64,000 nucleotides of DNA from contig CBFHSG010000016.1 of NCBI GenBank assembly GCA_965658465.1, positions 7,985 to 71,984 of the forward strand, given 5' to 3'. This document shows positions 9,355 through 16,880 of the stretch, one piece after another. Source of the stretch: Woeseiaceae bacterium. Lineage in GTDB: Bacteria; Pseudomonadota; Gammaproteobacteria; Steroidobacterales; Woeseiaceae. Under the pieces are notes generated by a model. It was not told the DNA's origin and ran no database searches. It saw only the letters and a program-made list of their open reading frames with translations. Position numbers and translations under genes: made by a program. How positions within the stretch are numbered: position 1 is the first letter of the stretch; every line of letters starts with the position of its first letter.

Positions 9355-9597
9355 GGGGTCGGACCCGCATATGTGTTTGTTTTATCTATTAAAAGCGCTC
9401 AAAAACTAGCAACAGAAGCCGTTAAACAGCCGATTTTGGTGGCATTTTCGACGATCATGTGGCTCTGGGGAAAGAAGCCGAGAGCGAGTCCTGGCAGTTT
9501 CCCATTTTGGGCTCGAAATTCACCGTTTAAGGCGTATTTGCCCCCCCAAAAAGCCATTAATGCTTTTTATTTTAATTACTTACGTGGGTCCGACCCC
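9355..9597. mobile_element. MITE-like non-autonomous element (243 bp)
   Basis: Perfect 12-bp terminal inverted repeats GGGGTCGGACCC (9355-9366) and GGGTCCGACCCC (9586-9597) bracket about 220 bp that is visibly AT-richer than the flanks. The sub-terminal A/T-rich stretches are loosely inverted too. No ORF with coding character. Sits between two convergent TAG stops. Confidence 0.45.
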
Positions 9598-9604
9598 ATG
9601 TTAC

Positions 9605-10012
9605 CTACTCGCCAACCGTATCGGCTAACGCTTTCTTGCAGGTATCGCCCAGAGCCTCGCCATTCCCCTCGAGACAGGAGAGGATCCGGCCCTCGCCGGC
9701 CTTGACGTCCGTGCATAACGTCGTGATTTCAGTCTCGCAACTCTGGGCGACGTACACGATCGCCACCGACAGTTGCTCGAGCAACGATGCCGCCTGATAC
9801 AGCGCATAGCTGCACTCCCCGGAGAGCTTGTCTTCGTGTGCCGCAACGCAATGCAGCAAACGTCCCTCGCCGGGCGTCACCTGGCTGCAGTACTGCTTGA
9901 GATCCGCTTCGCAGGACGTAACGACGTATTCGAGCAGAGAATCCTGAGCAATGGCCGGTGCAGCAATCGCAATCGCGAGTACCCCGATGACTAGTTTCAG
10001 TTTCTTTATCAT
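9605..10012 (-). CDS. Secreted cysteine-rich repeat protein (two Cys_rich_FGFR-like repeats)
   Basis: 135 aa. Signal peptide MIKKLKLVIGVLAIAIAAPAIAQ. Internal duplication CEADLKQYCSQVTPGEGRLLHCVAAHEDKLSGECSYAL / CETEITTLCTDVKAGEGRILSCLEGNGEALGDTCKKAL. Confidence 0.7.
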   Translation of the reverse strand: MIKKLKLVIGVLAIAIAAPAIAQDSLLEYVVTSCEADLKQYCSQVTPGEGRLLHCVAAHEDKLSGECSYALYQAASLLEQLSVAIVYVAQSCETEITTLCTDVKAGEGRILSCLEGNGEALGDTCKKALADTVGE

Positions 10013-10095
10013 TTTTTTGTCTCCAACAAATTATGAGCGGCACTTCCACACCGCATTCTTACTCTTATATATCACCGGCAACTCCCGGTGCATCT

Positions 10096-11226
10096 CTAAA
10101 ACACCTCGCCGACGGAGAAGTGTATCGCATCACTGTCGCGAGACTTCGCAAAATCGAGACGCATGTTGATACGTTTGGCCGGCAACACCGAGAACCGTAC
10201 GCCAGCACCATAGCTTGGAATCGATGCGCGGTCCCGGAAGCCACTGAAGGACTGGCCCACTTCCCCGGCACCGCCGAACGCAACAACGCCCCATCGCTTG
10301 CTCAGCCGCCAACGGACCTCGGCCTGCCCGGAGGCGGACACCTTACCAAGGTAGTCTGTCGCCGCAAAACCGCGCAACTTGATCAGGCACGAATCCCACA
10401 GCGGTGTCGGCCCCTCGCGCTGGCAACCCTGCAACTCCCACGCCAGCACCACCGAGTCTGACAGCTCATGGTAGGACCTGAAACTGACGTCGTAGGACTG
10501 ATAGGTGTCTTTACTACCGATTGCCTCGTCGTTGAACAAAGCCTGGGCCTTGAAATAGCGGCCGGTATAGGTGTTGATCGGCATATCCCGGCTGTCGTAC
10601 TCCGCGGTCAGCCCGATCCCCACGGCGCGCACGTCGTCCGTATCGAAGTCGAGGGACTCTTCGCCTGACTCGAGGCTCTGGTTGGCATCGATCGATCGGA
10701 CGAAGGCTCCGCCGTACCAATTACCCGTAATCTTGCGCGACAGGCGCGCGAAGAAGAACGCACCGTTGATCCGCCAATCGACGTTTGCAGTGCCTGTGTC
10801 TTCATCCGGAGCAACCAGGGACAGTCGCAGATCCGCAGCGCCCAGTGCGCCCGTGAATCGCCAGCGATCGTCGCGCCAGTAATTCTGCTGCACAACGGCG
10901 GCTGCGCGGCTGTCATTGCTCGTGTACATCGCAGCCACGGCCGTGACAGACGCCGGCTGGGCCTTGCGTTGCTCCTCCGTCTGCCCATAGAAATACGCGG
11001 CGCCGGCGACGAGACCGGTATCGAGCGTCGGGTTCGAAATCGGGATCGGTACCGCAACGAAGTTGCCCTTCTGCAGCTTCAGTTTCGATTCGTCCTCGCG
11101 GATGTCCGGCGCGACGGCCGGTCTTGCATCCGTCCTATTCCCATCCTCTTGCGCCGCGGCCGAATGATTCGCCGACAACACAAGCAGGACGATGAGCGTC
11201 GAGACAACCCGCATCGATCCTGTCAC
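10096..11226 (-). CDS. Omp85/bacterial-surface-antigen-type outer-membrane barrel with a very short N-terminal region (no obvious POTRA array)
   Basis: 376 aa. Signal peptide (MRVVSTLIVLLVLSANHSAAAQ). Barrel-start motif FVAVPIPISNPTLDTGLVAGAAYFY. C-terminal ...DAIHFSVGEVF ends in Phe as OMPs typically do. The start overlaps the upstream gene's stop (ATGA). Confidence 0.65.
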   Translation of the reverse strand: MTGSMRVVSTLIVLLVLSANHSAAAQEDGNRTDARPAVAPDIREDESKLKLQKGNFVAVPIPISNPTLDTGLVAGAAYFYGQTEEQRKAQPASVTAVAAMYTSNDSRAAAVVQQNYWRDDRWRFTGALGAADLRLSLVAPDEDTGTANVDWRINGAFFFARLSRKITGNWYGGAFVRSIDANQSLESGEESLDFDTDDVRAVGIGLTAEYDSRDMPINTYTGRYFKAQALFNDEAIGSKDTYQSYDVSFRSYHELSDSVVLAWELQGCQREGPTPLWDSCLIKLRGFAATDYLGKVSASGQAEVRWRLSKRWGVVAFGGAGEVGQSFSGFRDRASIPSYGAGVRFSVLPAKRINMRLDFAKSRDSDAIHFSVGEVF

Positions 11227-11630
11227 AGCTTCGCTGCAGTGCAGGCTCCAAATTCCGTTACGCTCAGTCCGTCACGGGCTATTGCCGCTGTCATGCAGCC
11301 GGTTGCCTCGTGGATTACGAAACTGAACGCGCGACCGCCTTCGACGCCCTGCAGGTGAATCAACCCTTCCTTGCGTTCCGATTTCGTGAACTCCGTGGAC
11401 CGGTTCAGGCCGCTCGCTTTCGTAGTGGAGATCGTCCCTTTTTTCGTATCGATGACGACAAAGCCGGGTACCGAGAGCTCCCAGGGCGTCGCCGCGTAGC
11501 AGTCCCCTGTCTCGAGGCAGATCTGGGCCTGGCCGGACGCGCAAATCATGCGCGTCACGTCAGTTACGTTCTCCGCTGCGGCGACCCCGAAAACGGCCAG
11601 CCCTAAACACGCAAAAAGTAGCTTTTTCAT
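11223..11630 (-). CDS. Small secreted Cys-containing protein, unknown function
   Basis: 135 aa. Signal peptide MKKLLFACLGLAVFGVAAA. Six Cys in the mature part. The stop overlaps the start of the Omp85-type gene. Confidence 0.6.
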   Translation of the reverse strand: MKKLLFACLGLAVFGVAAAENVTDVTRMICASGQAQICLETGDCYAATPWELSVPGFVVIDTKKGTISTTKASGLNRSTEFTKSERKEGLIHLQGVEGGRAFSFVIHEATGCMTAAIARDGLSVTEFGACTAAKL

Positions 11631-11648
11631 TTGGTCTCGTCCCCGCGG

Positions 11649-12104
11649 TCAGTACTTGACCATGTAGTTCTTGGCTTCGAGGCAAACGGAGAAGGCTTTC
11701 TTGAAGTTCGCCATCTCTTGCTCCGTCGCCTGCTCGCGCTGCTCTGCCTGTTCAGCCGCCTGCTGCTGCGCCTGCGCCTGTGCTTCTCGCCCCATGCGCC
11801 TGCCACGGACCGCTCCGGCGGCCGCGCCCCAGGCAGCGCCTTCGCTCGCGTCGTCGTTGGCGATCTCGCCGATCAGGGCACCCGCTGCAGCGCCCCGGAC
11901 CGCGCCACGCGCACCAGACCCCTGGCCCGCCTGCTGCGCGGCCTGCTGTTCGGCCTGCGCCTGCTGCTGGTCCGCCTCTTCCTGCTTCGAAAGGTCGAAG
12001 GGATCGACGCCGGTATTGCCGACGGCCCATTCATGACACTCGGCTTCTTCTTTCGATTGTTGCGACGTGTCCTGGCCCTCAGTAGGGAATACATATACTT
12101 CCAT
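11649..12104 (-). CDS. Glycine-zipper-like protein with Gln/Ala-rich flanks, unknown function
   Basis: 151 aa. MEVYVFPTEGQDTSQQSKEEAECHEWAVGNTGVDP..., central GARGAVRGAAAGALIG / GAAWGAAAGAV, C-terminal NFKKAFSVCLEAKNYMVKY. Several overlapping ORFs on both strands are low-complexity shadows. See the finding on a possible lost signal peptide. Confidence 0.5.
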   Translation of the reverse strand: MEVYVFPTEGQDTSQQSKEEAECHEWAVGNTGVDPFDLSKQEEADQQQAQAEQQAAQQAGQGSGARGAVRGAAAGALIGEIANDDASEGAAWGAAAGAVRGRRMGREAQAQAQQQAAEQAEQREQATEQEMANFKKAFSVCLEAKNYMVKY

Positions 12105-12222
12105 TGTCGATGACAGCGCTTTTCCCTGAGCCTGTGCTGTAGCTACCAGTCCGACAGACTAAGGTGCCAGCGAGAGTTACGATCAACGTTCTGAAAAACC
12201 TTGTGCGATCCTCTGCCGTTAG

Positions 12223-14157
12223 CTACGGCGTGTACCAGATGGGTGATGTGTATGCGCGCTCCTGGTGACTTGTCGGAATGCCTTCCGGCAGCTCGGCGCC
12301 GAACCGCACCTTGTCATAGAGATACCAGAGCGGCGTCGGAATCTCGAGCACACGCACATAATAGAACGCGCGCTGCTCGGGATCGAAATCGGGGTCGGTC
12401 CAGACTGTCGCGAGCTCAGATGCGCCAATCGTGTTGGTCCAGTTCGCGGCCTCGACGTCGACCGTGTTGCCTACCGGCGGCAACTTGCCGTCCGAACCCG
12501 GACGCCGGTCGCCTGACCAGGCCACGTCGTAGACCTTCTCGTTGGTTTTACCCTTCTTGTCGACCCAGCCCTTGACGATCTGCAGCCGGTCGAGATTGGC
12601 ACCCATTGGATCGCGCAACGCGTAGGCCATGAACGTCGGGGACTTGCCCTCCGGCGCCATCGTCAGGTCTCCGCCCATTGGCACGCCCTTTTCGTAACCC
12701 CGGAAGGCCGGCGCGCGACTGCGGAGATCGTCCTCGGTGTAGTCCCAGCCACCGAAGAACCGCACAACCATCCGTGGACCGGTCGTGGCGTAGGTTTCCT
12801 TGCGCTCCATGGCATCGAACAGCGCCTCGCGCGTATTCTCCATCGCCCAGATACCCTGGTAGCCTGCGGCGACCAGCTGGTAGCCCTCGATGGTGGCCAG
12901 ATCGGAACTGATGAACGGGTGATTGATTCGTTCCGCCGACGGCTCGACGCTGACGGACTTGCCGAAGAAGTTCTCCTCTTCCGCGGTGGCCAGCGACGTA
13001 TGGCTGTCCGTCGCACCGATCATGCCGAACTTGTAGGGATTGGTTCCGAGCTTCTGTTCCAGCACCATGCCGTTCTTGAGTGCCTCGCGAGCGTATTCGC
13101 CCGCGAGCATCTCCGGCTTCTTGAGCTCGGACAGGTCGAGGTTTCCCTTGTCCCAGGTGCCGTAATCGGCGAACTCGTCGTTGATCGACAATGCCGGGTG
13201 CGTTTCTCCGTCACCCTTGATCTGGGTCACCTCGTACAGCGGTTCCCATTCGGCTCGAAGCGCAACATAGTTGCGGTCCACCCTGCCACCGGCATAGGTC
13301 TTGTCCATCGGGAACATCCAGCCGTTGGAGAGATTACCGTTGTGGGCGATAGCAAGTGCCTGCCCGCCGGTGTTGCTCTCGTAGCTCTCCAGCCATTCAT
13401 AGAGATCGAGCGGGTTCGTCGTACCGACCGGCGGTTGGGTCGTCAACGGAACGACCTGCCGGGCTCGATGGCCGCCGTCGCGCAACACGACATTGCGATG
13501 CAGGTTGAATCCCTTCGGAACGGACGTCCACTCGTAGCCTATGAAGGCCGTGAATCGTCCTGGCTCGTTGAAGCGTTCTGCTGCGTCGATGATGCGATCC
13601 CAGATTATTGCGTAGTTCGATGAACCCGGCGAGTAATCGGTCACCATCTTCTCGGGCACTTCAAACTGCGAAAATGCCTGGATCAGTTCGAATGCTGCTT
13701 CGCCTGCCTCCCGGCCACCCTTCTTGAACGCCTCATGCCAGCGCTTGCCCTCGGGAATCGCGAGGATGTTCGGCGTGCCATTCTGGATATCCGTTGCAAT
13801 GCCCATCATGTCCGAGTGATCGGCTATCACGAGAAAGTCGAGTGGCCTGCTGAGCTTTACCGGCAGACCGGTCGAAGACACGACCTCCTCACCACGCGCC
13901 AGGCGATAGGCATCCTCGTGATCCAGCGTATTGCCAAATAGTCCGGCATCGAGCGATAACCCCGTGTGCAGGTGTGTCTCGCCCCAGTAGACGTGGCTCG
14001 GGAAAGCGCGCTGGGCATAGGGGGAATAGGCCTGGCCCGGGTACAGGTCATTGACCTGGTCATCGCGAGGGACCGGGTTGACCTGGGCCGATGCAAGCCC
14101 AGGCAGCGCCAGGCAGAACAGGCCTTTGATAATGGTTTTGCGGAGTGCCGTTTTCAT
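12223..14157 (-). CDS. DUF3604 family protein (second copy), secreted
   Basis: ORF 12223..14313. ATG 14155-14157 gives [25 protein letters not shown] (signal peptide). [26 protein letters not shown]-terminal [14 protein letters not shown]. Confidence 0.8.
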   Translation of the reverse strand: MKTALRKTIIKGLFCLALPGLASAQVNPVPRDDQVNDLYPGQAYSPYAQRAFPSHVYWGETHLHTGLSLDAGLFGNTLDHEDAYRLARGEEVVSSTGLPVKLSRPLDFLVIADHSDMMGIATDIQNGTPNILAIPEGKRWHEAFKKGGREAGEAAFELIQAFSQFEVPEKMVTDYSPGSSNYAIIWDRIIDAAERFNEPGRFTAFIGYEWTSVPKGFNLHRNVVLRDGGHRARQVVPLTTQPPVGTTNPLDLYEWLESYESNTGGQALAIAHNGNLSNGWMFPMDKTYAGGRVDRNYVALRAEWEPLYEVTQIKGDGETHPALSINDEFADYGTWDKGNLDLSELKKPEMLAGEYAREALKNGMVLEQKLGTNPYKFGMIGATDSHTSLATAEEENFFGKSVSVEPSAERINHPFISSDLATIEGYQLVAAGYQGIWAMENTREALFDAMERKETYATTGPRMVVRFFGGWDYTEDDLRSRAPAFRGYEKGVPMGGDLTMAPEGKSPTFMAYALRDPMGANLDRLQIVKGWVDKKGKTNEKVYDVAWSGDRRPGSDGKLPPVGNTVDVEAANWTNTIGASELATVWTDPDFDPEQRAFYYVRVLEIPTPLWYLYDKVRFGAELPEGIPTSHQERAYTSPIWYTP

Positions 14158-14197
14158 GATATCCCCTATGTTGGTCGTTTGTTGGTGCGAGGACGCG

Positions 14198-14214
14198 CCT
14201 GCGAAGTTCGCAGG
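14198..14214. promoter_or_regulatory. 17-bp palindrome between tetR and DUF3604 copy 2
   Basis: CCTGCGAA-g-TTCGCAGG with perfect 8-bp arms. It lies 41 nt upstream of ATG 14157 and about 20 nt after the tetR stop. No U-run follows on the transcribed strand. Confidence 0.3.
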
Positions 14215-14234
14215 TACGCTCATCACCGTGCAGT

Positions 14235-14921
14235 TCAATCCGTGGGCAGTTCTCGATTTAGCGTTGAACCCGGGCTCGCCGCCCATTGCTGGCCGTACAG
14301 CGAGGATATCCACAGCCGCTTGATCGCCTGCGCCACCGGCCCGGGCCGACTGCGAGGTCTCTGCCCGAACGCCTGGATAAGTGTGTAGGCGTCGAGGCGG
14401 TTCAGCGCAATAGCCACCGGCCGCGGCTCGAAGTCCACTATCAGCCCGAGGTTCTGGTCGGCGGCAATGCGCTCACTCACGGCATCGTCGAATCGCCCCA
14501 GGAAACCGTTCCAGGCAGTTTCGACCTGCTTGTCGGCTGTGGCGGCATCGGCCACGGCCTTCAGAAACGGCCCCCGCCGGTAGCACACGCGAACCAGCTC
14601 GTTCAGGCTCTCGTCAAGCAGTGCGACAGGATCCCCCGTGCCCAGCAGCCAGGGCTCTGCACCGGCGAGAATCTCCCCCTCCAGGGTCACGAGCAGTGTT
14701 TCCATCAACTCGTGGACATCCCGAAAATACTGGTAAAAAGCCGGCCGGCTCACTGTAGTGGACGCCATCAGTGAATTAACGGTCATCTCCCGGAACGGCC
14801 GCGACCACAGGAATTCGAAGGCCGCATCGACGATTTCCGCGCGCGTACGCTCGGATTTGCCGACCTTCGGGCCCGGCTCCGGCGCCGTGTGCGGGCGTTT
14901 AGGGGAGATCAGTTCTGACAT
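14235..14921 (-). CDS. TetR/AcrR family transcriptional regulator
   Basis: 228 aa. N-terminal HTH region [48 protein letters not shown]. Confidence 0.85.
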   Translation of the reverse strand: MSELISPKRPHTAPEPGPKVGKSERTRAEIVDAAFEFLWSRPFREMTVNSLMASTTVSRPAFYQYFRDVHELMETLLVTLEGEILAGAEPWLLGTGDPVALLDESLNELVRVCYRRGPFLKAVADAATADKQVETAWNGFLGRFDDAVSERIAADQNLGLIVDFEPRPVAIALNRLDAYTLIQAFGQRPRSRPGPVAQAIKRLWISSLYGQQWAASPGSTLNRELPTD

Positions 14922-14951
14922 CGCGTCAGAAAGTTACTGACACGATGTCAG
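14915..14951. promoter_or_regulatory. Tandem palindromic operator pair overlapping the tetR start codon
   Basis: Two sites CTGAC-N5-GTCAG (14915-14929 CTGACatcgcGTCAG; 14937-14951 CTGACacgatGTCAG) with centres 22 bp apart. The outer 9-bp arms CTGACATCG / CGATGTCAG are perfect inverted repeats. The tetR ATG is at 14919-14921. Confidence 0.45.
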
Positions 14952-14973
14952 TTTGTCAATCGGAAAGGGCGTC

Positions 14974-16017
14974 CTACCCTGCCGGGGTTGTCGTTTGCCC
15001 GCGCTCGTACCAGCCCTTGCTCGCGTTGACGATCTTCACGACGGAGAGCATCACCGGGACTTCCACGAGCACGCCGACGACCGTGGCGAGCGCCGCACCC
15101 GATTCGAAGCCGAACAGCACGATCGCGGTGGCGACCGCCAGCTCGAAGAAGTTGCTCGCGCCGATGAGCGCCGACGGCGCGGCAACGCAATGGGCAACGC
15201 CGAACTTGCGGTTAAGCAGGTAGGCGAGCCCGGAGTTGAAGTAGACCTGGATGAGAATCGGAACGGCCAGCAAGGCAATGATCATCGGTTGCGTAATGAT
15301 CTGCTCGCCCTGGAAACCAAAGAGCAAAACCAGCGTCGCGAGCAGGGCGACCAACGATGCCGGCCCGAGCTTGTCTAGCGCACCCTGAAGCGCGGCTTCT
15401 CCCCCGGACGCCAGCAGGCGATTGCGCAGCACCTGCGCGATGATCACGGGCACGACGATGTAGAGCACCACGGACAGGAACAGCGTCTCCCAGGGCACCG
15501 TGATCGCCGATAAGCCGAGCAGCAAACCGACGATCGGCGCGAACGCGAAGATCATGATGACGTCGTTGACCGCGACCTGGCTCAGCGTGAAATGCGGTTC
15601 GCCGTCGGACAGGTTGCTCCATACGAACACCATGGCCGTGCATGGCGCGGCGGCCAGGATGATCAGCCCGGCGATGTAGGACGTAATCTGGTCGGCGGGC
15701 AGGTACGGCGCGAACAGGTTGCCGATGAACAGCCAGCCGAGAAACGCCATCGAGAACGGCTTGACCGCCCAGTTGATGAACAGCGTCACGCCGACGCCGC
15801 GCCAGTGTTCGCGCACCTGACCCAGCGCGCCGAAATCGATCTTGATGAGCATCGGAATGATCATCAGCCAGATCAGCACGGCGACGGGCAGGTTGACCTG
15901 CGCGACTTCCATCCCGCCGATCCAGTGGAAGACGCCGGAAAAATAATGGCCGAGGGCGACACCGACGACGATGCAGATCGCCACCCATAGCGTCAGGTAA
16001 CGTTCGAAGACACTCAT
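14974..16017 (-). CDS. acr3: ACR3 family arsenite efflux permease
   Basis: 347 aa. MSVFERYLTLWVAICIVVGVALG...VNLPVAVLIWLMIIPMLIKIDF..., a typical Acr3 N-terminus. Directly downstream of arsC. Confidence 0.85.
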   Translation of the reverse strand: MSVFERYLTLWVAICIVVGVALGHYFSGVFHWIGGMEVAQVNLPVAVLIWLMIIPMLIKIDFGALGQVREHWRGVGVTLFINWAVKPFSMAFLGWLFIGNLFAPYLPADQITSYIAGLIILAAAPCTAMVFVWSNLSDGEPHFTLSQVAVNDVIMIFAFAPIVGLLLGLSAITVPWETLFLSVVLYIVVPVIIAQVLRNRLLASGGEAALQGALDKLGPASLVALLATLVLLFGFQGEQIITQPMIIALLAVPILIQVYFNSGLAYLLNRKFGVAHCVAAPSALIGASNFFELAVATAIVLFGFESGAALATVVGVLVEVPVMLSVVKIVNASKGWYERGQTTTPAG

Positions 16018-16020
16018 CTG

Positions 16021-16470
16021 TTAACTCCCTGCCCTCTCGACAAATTTTTCGATACGCTTCTGGAGCACGGCATACGCCTCCTCGAACGCCGCGCGCCGTT
16101 CCTCGTCCGTTTCGCCGACACCCGCCGGATCCGCGATGTCCCAATGCTCGGTCGCCGGGTGGCCCGGCCAGACCGGGCAGGTCTCGCCGGCGGCGTTGTT
16201 GCAGACCGTAATGATGCAGTCCATTGCCGGTGCATCCGGCCCGGCGAATTCGTCCCAGGACTTGGAGCGCAGTTCGTCGGTCGGATACTCGCGCCGTCCC
16301 AACAGCTCGAGGGCTCCCGGGTTGACCCGCCCCATGGGCTTGCTGCCCGCGCTGAACGCGCGGAAACGGCCCTCACCGAGGCGGTTGAGAATGGCTTCGC
16401 TCAGGATGCTGCGCGCGGAGTTGCCCGTGCACAGGAACAGCACGTTGCGAGTTTGCTTCGTGGCCTTCAT
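16021..16470 (-). CDS. arsC: Arsenate reductase, LMW-PTPase (thioredoxin-coupled) type
   Basis: ORF 16021..16548. ATG 16468-16470 gives MKATKQTRNVLFLCTGNSARS (CX5R P-loop), plus a downstream Cys pair ...VCNNAAGETCPVW. Confidence 0.85.
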   Translation of the reverse strand: MKATKQTRNVLFLCTGNSARSILSEAILNRLGEGRFRAFSAGSKPMGRVNPGALELLGRREYPTDELRSKSWDEFAGPDAPAMDCIITVCNNAAGETCPVWPGHPATEHWDIADPAGVGETDEERRAAFEEAYAVLQKRIEKFVERAGS

Positions 16471-16517
16471 CGGGTAGATTCTCGACAGGGAATGCCAAAT
16501 ACGGAATATGCCAAAAA

Positions 16518-16865
16518 GTGAATATACCGCATAGCAAAGTGTTTGCAAGCCTCGGCAACGAAATTCGTCTCAAATGCCTGTACCTCGCCGCCCGGCACAA
16601 AGAGGTGTGCGTTTGCGAGGCGGTCGACGCGCTCGAGGTGCCGCAGCCGACCGTCTCCAAGGCGTTCAAGGCGCTCAAGGAAGCCGGTTTTGTCGCCGAC
16701 CGCCGGGACGCGAACTGGACACATTACCGGATCGACGAGAACATGCCCCCGTGGATGCTCGACATCGTCCGTGCGACGGTCGACGAAATTTCAGGTTACG
16801 ATGACTACAGGCTATTGGGCGACAACTTCACGCGATCGAGAAACAAATTGCCGAAAGCCTGCTAG
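16518..16865 (+). CDS. arsR: ArsR/SmtB family metalloregulator
   Basis: 115 aa, GTG start. ...LGNEIRLKCLYLAARHKEVCVCEAVDALEVPQPTVSKAFKALKEAGFV (wHTH with a CVC metalloid site). Divergent from arsC-acr3. Confidence 0.8.
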   Translation: MNIPHSKVFASLGNEIRLKCLYLAARHKEVCVCEAVDALEVPQPTVSKAFKALKEAGFVADRRDANWTHYRIDENMPPWMLDIVRATVDEISGYDDYRLLGDNFTRSRNKLPKAC

Positions 16866-16880
16866 CCCGCGCGAGGTTTC

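Noticed and set aside
9373-9705. 110-aa ORF running through the MITE-like element into the Cys-rich gene's antisense
   Set aside because: It has no coding character or RBS, and it starts inside the AT-rich repeat core and continues antisense to a real gene.
10073-10090. Hairpin CACCGG-N6-CCGGTG after the Omp85-type gene stop
   Set aside because: The stem is short, and it is followed by an alternating A/T run rather than a U-run. That is too weak to call a terminator, so whether it separates the Cys-rich gene from the operon is left open.
11631-12113. Five mutually overlapping ORFs on both strands across the Gln/Ala-repeat region
   Set aside because: The repetitive GCN/CAG-rich sequence keeps many frames open. 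Only the minus-strand 151-aa frame has a structured N- and C-terminus. Even that call is moderate confidence.
15212-16144. 310-aa alternative-frame ORF overlapping acr3 and arsC
   Set aside because: It is an Arg/Gly/Pro-rich shadow, and the acr3 and arsC frames carry diagnostic motifs.
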